Source: Chloroflexota bacterium
Lineage (GTDB): Bacteria; Chloroflexota; Limnocylindria; Limnocylindrales; CSP1-4
Reading direction: 5' to 3'
Assembly: GCA_034666965.1 (NCBI GenBank)
Contig: JAXDKT010000190.1
Location: 1-53,761 of the forward strand
DNA length: 53,761 nucleotides
In this document: in pieces, positions 28,130-36,818 of the stretch
How positions within the stretch are numbered: the first letter of the stretch is position 1
How the letters are laid out: the number at the start of each line of letters is the position of its first letter
Position numbers and translations under genes: made by a program
Notes under the pieces: model-generated
Seen by the model: only the letters and a program-made list of their open reading frames with translations
Told to the model about the DNA's origin: nothing
Database searches by the model: none

Positions 28130-29079
28130 CGGAACAGGTCCTCGAGGCTGTGCCGGCGGCGCTCGATCCGGATGAGCGGCAGACCCAGATCGGCGACCGC
28201 GTCGCGGATCGCGTCGTAGGGCTCGAGCTCATCGAGCGCGATCTGGATCGACCGGACATCGCCGTTGACGTTGTCGAGCACCCGCAGGCCGCGCGTCCGG
28301 AGCGCAGCGGCCAGGTCGTCACGACCGTGCTCCACCTCAACCCGCAGGACCCCGGTCTCGGTCGTGAACTCGGCCAGCGGCGCCGCCCGCAGCAGTCGGC
28401 CGCCGTCGATCGCCACGAGGAAGTCGCACAGCTCCTCGATCTCACCGAGCAGGTGGCTGGCCAGGACGATCGTGATCCCGAACTCGCGACCGGTCCGCCG
28501 GATGAGCTCGAGCATCTCGTCACGGCCAGCCGGGTCGAGGCCGTTGGTCGGCTCGTCGAGGAGGAGCAGGCGCGGATCGTGAACAAGGGCCTGGGCCAGC
28601 TGCGCCCGCTGGCGCATCCCGGTCGAGTAGCCGCCGATCGGGCGGTAGCGCTCTTCGTACAGCCCGACGTGGCGAAGAACGTCCGACGTGCGTTCCCGGG
28701 CCGCCGATCTGGGCAGGCCCGACAGCTGGGCGAGGTGGGCCACGAGCTCGGTCGCGCTGATGTCGGGTGGCAGCGCATTGTGCTCGGGCATGTAGCCGAC
28801 GAACTGGCGCAGGGCGGTCCCGTCGGTGGACGGGTCCATGCCCAGGACGCTGACCCGACCACTGGTCGGCGCCAGCAGGCCCAGCAGGATCTTGATCAGC
28901 GTCGACTTCCCGGCACCGTTGGCCCCGACCAGGCCGATGATCCCCGGCGCCAGCTCGAGGGTCAGATCGTCGAGCGCGGTGATCGCTCCGTAGCGCTTGG
29001 TCAGCGATTCGACGCGGACGACGCGGGTGTCGGGGGGAGCGATGGGCACGTCGCGGGGAGCGATCTCCTGGGCAGTCAC
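28126..29079 (-). CDS. ABC transporter ATP-binding protein
   Basis: GANGAGKST, YSTGMRQR, LLLDEPT, ASH. Confidence 0.95.
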   Translation of the reverse strand: MTAQEIAPRDVPIAPPDTRVVRVESLTKRYGAITALDDLTLELAPGIIGLVGANGAGKSTLIKILLGLLAPTSGRVSVLGMDPSTDGTALRQFVGYMPEHNALPPDISATELVAHLAQLSGLPRSAARERTSDVLRHVGLYEERYRPIGGYSTGMRQRAQLAQALVHDPRLLLLDEPTNGLDPAGRDEMLELIRRTGREFGITIVLASHLLGEIEELCDFLVAIDGGRLLRAAPLAEFTTETGVLRVEVEHGRDDLAAALRTRGLRVLDNVNGDVRSIQIALDELEPYDAIRDAVADLGLPLIRIERRRHSLEDLFR

Positions 29080-29163
29080 CCGGTCATGGTAGCGGGCGAG
29101 GTGGCGTGAACCGCCAGGGCCGCTGGAAGCCGGTGGCTCCGGGCAACGTCGGAGCCGCGGGGC

Positions 29164-30624
29164 TCAGGCGCGGAGCGCGATCAGGGTCTTGACCACGTCG
29201 CCGGCCAGGTGACCGCCGGTCTCCGTCCTCAGAATCGCGGTCGCCTGTTCGACCGACATCGCTGCGCGATAGGGCCGCTCGGCGGTCAGCGCCTCGAACA
29301 CGTCGGCGACGGCGACGATCCGCGCCGCCAGGGTGAGCTCGGACTCGGCCAGGCCCCGGAAGTAGCCACGCCCGTCGAGTCGCTCGTGGTGGCTGGCGGC
29401 GACCTCGGCAACGGCGTCGAAGGTCGGAATCCCGGTCAGGATCCGAAGTGTCAGCTCGGGGTGACGCTTGATCAGCTCGAATTCGGCCGGCTCGAGCTTG
29501 GCCGGCTTGTCCAGGATCAGGTTTGGGACGCCGAGCTTGCCCAGGTCGTGGAGGAGGCCGGCCCGCCGGATGTCGATCACCGCGGCCGCTTGAAGGCCCA
29601 TCGCCAGCGCCAGCTCCTCGGCGATCCCGGCAACCCCCCGCGAGTGCGAGCCGGTGAACGGGCTCTTGGCGTCGACGACGTCGGCGAAGGCCGAGGCGAT
29701 TCGATCGATGTCCTCGTCATCCGAGAGGCGGATCGAGCCGCCCGGCTCGAGCGCGAACGTGCGTGTGGCCAGGTCGGGCGCGAGCAGGTCGTCGAGGAGG
29801 CCGCGGCGGCAGGCCAACAGGAGGGCATCGACGACATCCGGGTCGTACCAGGTGCCGCGACGCTCGCCGAGGATGCGAATGCCGTCGGCCCGACCCTGGG
29901 TCGAAACGAACACGTCCAGACCCTGGCACGCCGCCAGGATCCGGGCCGCGGGGTCGATCGCGGCGCCGCGCAGGCCACGAGGCTGACCGCCGCCGTCCCA
30001 TTGCTCGTGGAGATCGAGGATCGCGGCGCCGACCGGCTCACCAAAGCCCGCCTTCCGGGCGATCGAGGCGCCGCGTTCACAGCGGAGCTGCTCGAGCTGG
30101 CGCTGCACGCGCCCACCGGTCACGCCGATGTTGATCAGGCGGCGGACCCGGAGCGGGAGCGGCTCGCTGTCGGGCAGGCTCCGAATGGCGAAGGCGGCGG
30201 CGGCCAGGATCCCGCGCTCGGTGGTGGCCATGCGTGCCTTGAGGGCGATGTCGTCGTTCCCGAAGAGGCGGGTGACCGCGGCGGCATTGCTCGAGCAACC
30301 CGCGTCCTTGAGCAGGGCCGCGCTGTAGAGGGTCTGCCGATCCGCTTCGGGCAGACCCAGCGCGTCGGCCAGCCGGATCGCGAGGTAGCACGTCCGCAGG
30401 GCATGACCGGGCAGCTGCCCTTCGGTCAGGTCGAGCGCGGTCGACAGCGCCGCCAGGATTCGGACCGTGGGCACGACCTGCCGATCGACAATCCGGAAGT
30501 CGGCTCGCCGGACGGCGGCGGCCGCCCCGGGTGTCACCGGCGAGCCGACGGCACTGCCGTCCACATAGCGGATGCTCATTCGGTCGACCGGCTCCGCGTC
30601 GCGCGCGGCATTCGAAGACGTCAT
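29164..30624 (-). CDS. Tandem HD-GYP domain phosphodiesterase
   Basis: C-terminal HDLGK, HHERLDGRGYF, VADVFEAL; N-terminal degenerate copy (LLKDAG, HEQWDG). Confidence 0.9.
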   Translation of the reverse strand: MTSSNAARDAEPVDRMSIRYVDGSAVGSPVTPGAAAAVRRADFRIVDRQVVPTVRILAALSTALDLTEGQLPGHALRTCYLAIRLADALGLPEADRQTLYSAALLKDAGCSSNAAAVTRLFGNDDIALKARMATTERGILAAAAFAIRSLPDSEPLPLRVRRLINIGVTGGRVQRQLEQLRCERGASIARKAGFGEPVGAAILDLHEQWDGGGQPRGLRGAAIDPAARILAACQGLDVFVSTQGRADGIRILGERRGTWYDPDVVDALLLACRRGLLDDLLAPDLATRTFALEPGGSIRLSDDEDIDRIASAFADVVDAKSPFTGSHSRGVAGIAEELALAMGLQAAAVIDIRRAGLLHDLGKLGVPNLILDKPAKLEPAEFELIKRHPELTLRILTGIPTFDAVAEVAASHHERLDGRGYFRGLAESELTLAARIVAVADVFEALTAERPYRAAMSVEQATAILRTETGGHLAGDVVKTLIALRA

Positions 30625-30702
30625 TCGCCCGAGCATGACCGCCCGGAGCTCATTCGGGGCTTACTCGATGGTCATCCGCGGCCGACCGGTCGTACCTCCC
30701 GG

Positions 30703-31497
30703 CTAGCGGGTGTAGGCGCCCTCCGGATCCAGCTCGACCCGGATCAGGCGGAGCTCCTCGGCGGTCGGTTCGGGCGTGGTGGCCAGGTCGTCGCCAACCC
30801 GAGGTGTCCAGCCGATGGTGTCCCGGACGGCCTCGAGGGTCGCCCCGGGATGGATGGAGTCGAGCCGCATCTCGCCCGACTCGTCGAAGTGATAGATGCC
30901 CAGGTCGGTGACCACGACGGTGGGCCCGACCCCGAGCCAGCCCTGCTCGCGGCGGATCCTGGCCGCGCTCTCCGCGCCACCGAGGTTCCCCGGGCTGGTC
31001 CGGAAGTCGATCCGCTCGACGAACGAGCGTTTCGACTGGCGCATGATCACGAACACCTGGCGGGCGTTGATCGCGATCTCGCAGGCGCCGCCCGAGCCCG
31101 GCAGGCGCGTCTTCGGATGCTCGTAGTCGTCGCCGATGACGGTCGTGTTGATGTTGCCGAAGCGATCGATCTGGGCCGCGCCCAGGAAGCCGACGTCGAT
31201 CAGTCCGCCCTGCAGATAGAAGCTGAACAGCTCGTACATGCTGGTCACGGCCGTGGCCCCGGTCACGATCGTCGGGTCGCCGATCGAGAGCGGCAGGCGG
31301 GCCGGCTCGGCGCCAAAGACGCCGGCCTCGTAGACCAGCTCGAGCTCGGGCGAGACGGTCCGCTTGGCCAGGTTGACCGCGATGTTGGGGAGGCCGACTC
31401 CGACGAAGCAGACGCGCTGACTGGCCAGCTCGCGGGCGGCCGCCACGATCATCATCTCGGACTTGGAGAAGCCGGGGGCGGCCTCGGACGAGCTCAC
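30703..31497 (-). CDS. Family I CoA-transferase beta subunit (glutaconate / 3-oxoadipate type)
   Basis: FVGVGLP, YEAG, GAAQIDRFGNIN, RLPGSGGA, VVTDLG. Confidence 0.92.
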   Translation of the reverse strand: MSSSEAAPGFSKSEMMIVAAARELASQRVCFVGVGLPNIAVNLAKRTVSPELELVYEAGVFGAEPARLPLSIGDPTIVTGATAVTSMYELFSFYLQGGLIDVGFLGAAQIDRFGNINTTVIGDDYEHPKTRLPGSGGACEIAINARQVFVIMRQSKRSFVERIDFRTSPGNLGGAESAARIRREQGWLGVGPTVVVTDLGIYHFDESGEMRLDSIHPGATLEAVRDTIGWTPRVGDDLATTPEPTAEELRLIRVELDPEGAYTR

Positions 31498-31847
31498 CGG
31501 TCCTGCCCGTCGTCGACCGAGCCCGACGGCGCCGAGCCGACACTGCCGTGCCTGGCACCCCGGCGCGTGATCGCCAGGCGTTCCAGAGAGCGGTCGGCTT
31601 CGACGCCGCGAGCGGTCCTGAACGCGGGGTGAGCCATCCGTCGGTTCGCAATGGATCTGGTCGCGGTCAGGCTCGTGGGATGTTCAATCTGGGCATCTCC
31701 GCAGGCGCGCGCCGCCGGAGTGAACGCCCTGGGTGCAACGGCCGGCGTCGCACCCGTGAGCGTCTCGCACCTCGAGAAACCGGGGGCGGCCTCGGACGAG
31801 CTCACCGGTACTGTCCGTAGTCGACCGAGCCCGACGGCGCCGAGCCG
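31466..31847. repeat. 74-bp direct repeat (31466-31539 and 31774-31847; 70/74 identical) duplicating the CoA-transferase A/B junction
   Basis: Manual alignment; offset 308 bp. Confidence 0.93.
31494..31805 (-). other. 103-aa chimeric linker ORF between the CoA-transferase subunits
   Basis: Starts VSSSEAAPGFS (beta N-terminus), ends GSAPSGSVDDGQDR (alpha C-terminus); GTGA overlaps at both ends. Confidence 0.55.
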
Positions 31848-32725
31848 GACGGGCGCAGGGCGGCAACGCGCTCGGGACCGAGCTTGTCCAGGTACGCCGG
31901 CCGGCCGTCGAGGCCGTAGACCCACTCCGAGAGCCAGCTCTGGATGGCGCTCTCGTCGCGGCTGATCGGATCCCAGTCGAGGTAGAAGCGGTTGTCTCGG
32001 TCGTAGGCGCCCTGGACGTAGGACGGGTGGGCACCCCACGGCTCGACCACGACGGCGTCGACGATCAGCCCCGGGATGATCGTCCGGTTGGGATCGGCCC
32101 GGACGACCGCCTCGTCGACCAGCTCCTCCACCACCACGATGACCCGCTCGGCGGCAAAGGCGGCCTCCTTCTGGCAGCCCAACAGACCCCAGACCTGGGT
32201 GTTGCCGGCGGCGTCGGCCCGCTGCGCGTGGACCACGGTCACGTCCGGTCGAAGCGGCGGGACGGCATAGACGACCCCGTCGCCATAGGGCGATTCGATC
32301 GGGCGGATGAGCGGATTGACCCTGGGCAGGTCCGTCTCGAAGTAGCTCCGGAGCGGGTAGAAGGGCAGGTTCGCCGCGCCGGCCGTGTAACGCCCGACCA
32401 TTCCGAAGTGGCTGTACTCCTCGATCTCGAGCGGGCTCGGGTCGGCATCCTCGATACGGCGCCGGATCGCGTTCAGCCCGCCGACCCCGGGATTGCCGAG
32501 CCAGCTGAAGATGAGCTTGCGGGCCACGCCGGCGGCGATCATCTGGTCGTAGATCAGGTCCGGGGTCAGACGAGCCAGGGTCAGATCGCGTTTGCGCTGA
32601 CGGATGATCTCGTGCCCGGCCGCGAACGAGATCAGGTGGGTGAAGCCCTCGATCGCCACCGTGTCGCCGTCCCGGACGAGCTGCGCCACGGCGTCGTGCA
32701 TGGTCGCAACCTTGGAGGTGCTCAC
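31802..32725 (-). CDS. Family I CoA-transferase alpha subunit
   Basis: EGFTHLI.FAAGHEIIRQ, HAQRAD..GN, AHPSY.QG.YDRD. Confidence 0.92.
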   Translation of the reverse strand: MSTSKVATMHDAVAQLVRDGDTVAIEGFTHLISFAAGHEIIRQRKRDLTLARLTPDLIYDQMIAAGVARKLIFSWLGNPGVGGLNAIRRRIEDADPSPLEIEEYSHFGMVGRYTAGAANLPFYPLRSYFETDLPRVNPLIRPIESPYGDGVVYAVPPLRPDVTVVHAQRADAAGNTQVWGLLGCQKEAAFAAERVIVVVEELVDEAVVRADPNRTIIPGLIVDAVVVEPWGAHPSYVQGAYDRDNRFYLDWDPISRDESAIQSWLSEWVYGLDGRPAYLDKLGPERVAALRPSGSAPSGSVDYGQYR

Positions 32726-32796
32726 CGGGGGATTATCGCGATCGAGGCACTCCGCCGCTCCACCCGGCATGCGACGAGCGGAATGGCGTGTCGGGG

Positions 32797-33621
32797 CTAC
32801 ACGTCCAGGACGGTCACCAGGGGCAGGTGATCGGAGGCCAGCGGCAGAGCCATCGACAGGACGAAATCGGATTCGGAGGAACCGGAGCCAGAAGGACCGG
32901 CGGAACCGGGCGCGCCCGGCGCGGCCGGGTCGACGACGGACAGTGGGGCGCAGGCCCGGAGCGTGTCGACCAGGCCCGGGCCGATCAGGGCGTAATCGAG
33001 CCTGACGCTCGGTGCGATGGCCGGCATCGTGAACCCTGGCTCCGTCGGGTGGAGCGCTCGATGGGCATCCACGAAGCCGGCCTCGAACAGACGGCTCATG
33101 ACCTCGTTGCGAATCCCGCCGTCAACGCGGAGCAGGATCCGGATCCACATTGGCAGACGGGCAACGGACGGACCGTCACCCGGAGCGATCGCGTTGAAGT
33201 CGCCCACCAGGATGGATCGTTGGCCACCATCCGGGATGGCCGTCACGCGGCGCAGGAGCTGCTCCGCTTCCACCGCCCGGCGGCGCTCGCCCCGGCCCGA
33301 CAGGCCGGCCGTCAAATGGACCCCGAAGACGTGAAGGTCCTGCTCGTCGAGCCGCAACTCGAGAAAGCTGCGGCCCCGGCGGGCCGCGTGCCAGACCGCG
33401 TCGGCAATCGGGATTCGGCTGAGGGCAGCCACGGATCGGCCGGACTCGGCGACGACGTGCGGCAGGTTCAGCTCCGACCCGAGCCAGGCCACCACGGCCG
33501 GATCGACCGCCTCCTGGAGGACCACGATGTCGGGCTCGGTGACCCGGAGCACGTCAGCGATGAGCTCCCGGCGCCGACGGCCCCCAAACCTGATGTTGTA
33601 GCTGACCAGGCGAACGGTCAC
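32797..33621 (-). CDS. Endonuclease/exonuclease/phosphatase (EEP) family protein
   Basis: SYNI, DIVVLQE, HL, GDFN, RLDY, SDHLP; GTG start overlapping the upstream stop. Confidence 0.9.
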   Translation of the reverse strand: MTVRLVSYNIRFGGRRRRELIADVLRVTEPDIVVLQEAVDPAVVAWLGSELNLPHVVAESGRSVAALSRIPIADAVWHAARRGRSFLELRLDEQDLHVFGVHLTAGLSGRGERRRAVEAEQLLRRVTAIPDGGQRSILVGDFNAIAPGDGPSVARLPMWIRILLRVDGGIRNEVMSRLFEAGFVDAHRALHPTEPGFTMPAIAPSVRLDYALIGPGLVDTLRACAPLSVVDPAAPGAPGSAGPSGSGSSESDFVLSMALPLASDHLPLVTVLDV

Positions 33622-34475
33622 GTCGCCGGCGCGTCGAGCACGACGTGCGGCTGGCCCTGGAGCGCGGCGCGCAGGTCGAGGAACCACGGAACCATGGCCT
33701 GGATGGCGACCGGCCGGCCAACGATGCGTTGGGCCTCCGAGCGGGCAGGATCGAGGCTGGGCGCCACCCAGCGCGCCTCGTCGTAGAGCGGCAGCGTATT
33801 GACCTTCGGAAAGTAGAACGCGTCAGGCAACCAGAGGGCCATGGCCTCGTCGCCAAGGACCACCACGTCGAGATCGCTGGTGCCAGGGCCGTGCGCGTCG
33901 AACGGCTCACCGCTGCGATAGCTCGAGCCCACGACGGCGCTGCCGCGCAGCACGAGCTTGGTCCCCTCCGGCAATCCCGACCGGAGCGTGGCCAGGAAAC
34001 GGCCGAACAGCCCGAGGTCGCTCCCGAAGGCGCGGTCGATGGTGGCCGGCAACAGGTCGTCCTGGGGCTCCTCCTGCCGGCGCAGCAGGTCGACCACCGC
34101 CGCCACCGCGGCCGGGTCCTCGAACGGCGGCCCGATGTACTGGAGGTCGACGCCGGCGTGGCGCGCTCGCAGGTCGGCGATCCGCCGTCCGAGTGCGACC
34201 ATCTCGGCGGCCGGCGCGCCGGCCTGCTGGACGGCGACCGAAAGCGGCAGCAGCGCGAGCTCGTCACTGCCGGTCGCAATGGCCCGCTCGGTGACCTCGA
34301 CCGCCTCGTCGGCATTGGAGGCCAGGACGACCTGGCGCCCCGAGCCTTCGCTCGGGACCCGGTCGGCGTCGATCGCCGTCTCGCCCAGCCTGGCGACCTC
34401 GCCGCTGAGCGCGGACCACAAGCCGCGCAGGCCGGCATCGCCGTCGGATCGGCGACCTGCGACGATCAGGAACAC
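33618..34475 (-). CDS. Hypothetical protein: CbiX/SirB-like N-terminal domain plus Pol-beta-type nucleotidyltransferase-like C-terminal domain
   Basis: LVLRGSAVVG...SDLDVVV (GS..DxD); N-terminal LLPL..LRARH..VDLQYIGPPF; start uncertain. Confidence 0.6.
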   Translation of the reverse strand: MFLIVAGRRSDGDAGLRGLWSALSGEVARLGETAIDADRVPSEGSGRQVVLASNADEAVEVTERAIATGSDELALLPLSVAVQQAGAPAAEMVALGRRIADLRARHAGVDLQYIGPPFEDPAAVAAVVDLLRRQEEPQDDLLPATIDRAFGSDLGLFGRFLATLRSGLPEGTKLVLRGSAVVGSSYRSGEPFDAHGPGTSDLDVVVLGDEAMALWLPDAFYFPKVNTLPLYDEARWVAPSLDPARSEAQRIVGRPVAIQAMVPWFLDLRAALQGQPHVVLDAPAT

Positions 34476-34488
34476 TGGGACCCTCGGG

Positions 34489-35850
34489 TCAGGTCGCCGA
34501 CTCGACGCCGGTGATCGCGCCGGCGGCCCGAGCGGCGGCGAGGACCTCGCCGTGCTCCCCCGCCACGTCGGCGACGGCCTCGCCGAAGATGCGCAAGGCG
34601 GTCGCCACCTCGTCCTCACTGACGATCAGCGCCGGCGACATCCGGACGCTCGATTTGCCACATTCGAGGACGAGCAGGCCGCGGACGAAGGCGGCCCACT
34701 GGACCTCCTCGGCGTGCTCGGCGGTGTCGAACTCGATCCCGAGCATGAGGCCCTTGCCCCGGACATCGGTGATCAGGCCGGGATGGCGCGCCTTGAGCCC
34801 GCGAAGTCCGGTGAGGGCCTGCTCGCCGCGCGCCGCGGCATTGTCGATCAGGCCATCCTCGAGCAGATCGATCGTGGCCAGCGCCGCGGCACAGGCGACG
34901 GGGTTGCCCCCGAACGTCGACCCGTGCGCACCGGGACCCCACGCTTCCAGGATCGACGCCCTGGCGGCGAGCGCGCCGAGGGTCATCACGCTGGCGATCC
35001 CTTTGGCCGACAGCAGGATGTCCGGCTCGACGCCCCAGTGCTCGACCGCCCACATCTTCCCGGTCCGCCCCGCGCCCGACTGGATCTCGTCGGCGATCAG
35101 CAGGATCCCGTGCCGGTCGCAAAGGTCGCGCAGACCCTGGAGGAAGCCGTCCTCGGGCACGATGTAGCCCCCCTCGCCCTGGATCGGCTCGACGAAGATC
35201 GCGGCGACCTCATCGGCGGGGGCGAGCTTGTCGAACAGGACCTCATCGAACCAGCGCAGGTCCTCGACCCGGCCGTAGGGCGCGTGGAAGATCCCCGGCA
35301 GCAGCGGCCCGAACCCGGCGTGGTACTTCGCCTTCGAGGCGGTCAGGCTGATCGAGCCGTAGGTCCGGCCGTGAAAGGCGCCCAGGAAGGCCACGACATA
35401 GGGCCGCCGGGTGGCGTGCCGGGCAAGCTTGATGGCCGTCTCGACGACCTCGGTCCCCGAGTTGCCGAGGTAGACCCGGGCCGGGCCGTCGATCGGCGCG
35501 ATGCCGGCGATCCGCTCGCACACCTCGGCGTAGATCGGCAGGTAGAAGTCCGACGCACTGAAGTGGAGCAGCTCGGCCGCCTGTTCCTTGATCGCAGCCA
35601 CCACCTGCGGGTGGCTGTGGCCGGTCGAGTTGACGGCGATCCCGGCGGCGAAGTCGAGGAACAGGTTGCCGTCGATGTCCTCGATCGTCAGCCCCTCCCC
35701 CCGGACCGGCACGATCGGGTACGCGCGCGGCAGGCTGGGCGACGTCCAGGCCTCGTCATAGGCCACGTGGGCGCGCGCCTTCGGACCGGGGATCTCGGTC
35801 ACGATGTGGGGAACGGGGCGCGCCTGGGCGAGCCGCGATGCCTGGGCCAA
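34489..35850 (-). CDS. Class III aminotransferase (4-aminobutyrate / acetylornithine-like)
   Basis: FLDFAAGIAV, FHGRT, EPIQGEGG, DEIQSG.GRTG, SAKG, STFGGN; TTG start with GAGGTG RBS. Confidence 0.92.
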   Translation of the reverse strand: MAQASRLAQARPVPHIVTEIPGPKARAHVAYDEAWTSPSLPRAYPIVPVRGEGLTIEDIDGNLFLDFAAGIAVNSTGHSHPQVVAAIKEQAAELLHFSASDFYLPIYAEVCERIAGIAPIDGPARVYLGNSGTEVVETAIKLARHATRRPYVVAFLGAFHGRTYGSISLTASKAKYHAGFGPLLPGIFHAPYGRVEDLRWFDEVLFDKLAPADEVAAIFVEPIQGEGGYIVPEDGFLQGLRDLCDRHGILLIADEIQSGAGRTGKMWAVEHWGVEPDILLSAKGIASVMTLGALAARASILEAWGPGAHGSTFGGNPVACAAALATIDLLEDGLIDNAAARGEQALTGLRGLKARHPGLITDVRGKGLMLGIEFDTAEHAEEVQWAAFVRGLLVLECGKSSVRMSPALIVSEDEVATALRIFGEAVADVAGEHGEVLAAARAAGAITGVESAT

Positions 35851-35952
35851 GGGACACCTCGACGCATACGATTTATGCAGACTGGATAGTCGGCCCAAGT
35901 CTAGCAGAAGGCCCTCCGCGATCGAGCGCGGTCGCCTCGCGGCCGTGAACGG

Positions 35953-35983
35953 AGGCAGCCGGGCCGAACGGACCCGGCTGCCT
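35953..35983 (-). terminator. GC-rich hairpin downstream of hsp20
   Basis: 11-bp stem AGGCAGCCGGG / CCCGGCTGCCT; no strong U-tract. Confidence 0.5.
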
Positions 35984-36007
35984 GCCGCGCGTGGTGCCGT
36001 TGAGGAG

Positions 36008-36625
36008 CTAGCGGTGCGAGGCGCTCCCCACCGGCTCCTTGGAGCTGTGGCCGTTGCCCGACCCCTCCGAGGTGCTCGTGCTCGTCTGGGCCCCCTCCTT
36101 CATCGATCCAGCCTGGACGTGCTGCTGCTCGTGGGGCTTCTGGTGCGAAGCCTCCGACGAGGAGCCGACCTGGCGAGCGCTCCTCGACCCGCTCGAGATC
36201 GGGATCCGTCTCGTCTTGGTCTGGGCCGCCTTCGGTACGGTCACCTTCAGCTCGCCGTTCTCGAACTCGCAGCTGACCTGGTTGGGGTCGACCTCGGTGG
36301 GCAGGGTGATCGCCCGAAGGTAGGTCGCGCTCTGACGCTCGCGCAAGAGGTAGCGCCCGTTCTTGTCGTTCGTCTCCTTCTCGTCGCTGTAGCGACCGCG
36401 GACGATCAGAGCGCGACCGTCGAGGGTCACCTCCGCATCCTCCGGCTTGACGCCCGGCATCTCGACTTCGATCACGAACGCGTCGTCAGTCTCGCGGATG
36501 TCCATGGCCGGTGACATGGCGCCACTGTTGTCACGTCCGTGCGCCGGCCACAGGTCTTCGAACAGCCAGTCGAGACCCGGTCGATATGGCAGGTTCGTCC
36601 GTTCGGGGGCACGTCTGGTCAGCAT
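36008..36625 (-). CDS. Hsp20 / alpha-crystallin small heat-shock protein
   Basis: PAMDIRET, EMPGV, RER, FENGELKVTVPK; RBS AAGGAGGT; long polar C-terminal tail. Confidence 0.93.
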   Translation of the reverse strand: MLTRRAPERTNLPYRPGLDWLFEDLWPAHGRDNSGAMSPAMDIRETDDAFVIEVEMPGVKPEDAEVTLDGRALIVRGRYSDEKETNDKNGRYLLRERQSATYLRAITLPTEVDPNQVSCEFENGELKVTVPKAAQTKTRRIPISSGSRSARQVGSSSEASHQKPHEQQHVQAGSMKEGAQTSTSTSEGSGNGHSSKEPVGSASHR

Positions 36626-36818
36626 CGCAGACCTCCTTTGCCGCCGTGCTGAGCATCGAAAAAGGTCGCTCGAAACACGGATGCGTCGACCTTACCCCGG
36701 GCATGGTCGCAGGCGCCCGCCGGCCCGCTCCGAGCCACCTTTCAGGAGCGTTTCATAACCGAATCCCCGCTTGTCGCGGCGTAACAGGCTGTCCTTCTCA
36801 ACGGCCTCTTCGGGCGCG

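Noticed and set aside
29209-31632. Very long alternative-frame ORFs (e.g. 807 aa at 29209+, 712 aa at 17175-, 643 aa at 33958+, 568 aa at 712+)
   Set aside because: Antisense or shifted shadows of well-supported genes, expected in high-GC DNA; no recognisable motifs
31540-31773. IS or MITE within the CoA-transferase insertion
   Set aside because: No terminal inverted repeats or transposase similarity seen, and 74 bp is far longer than a typical IS target-site duplication
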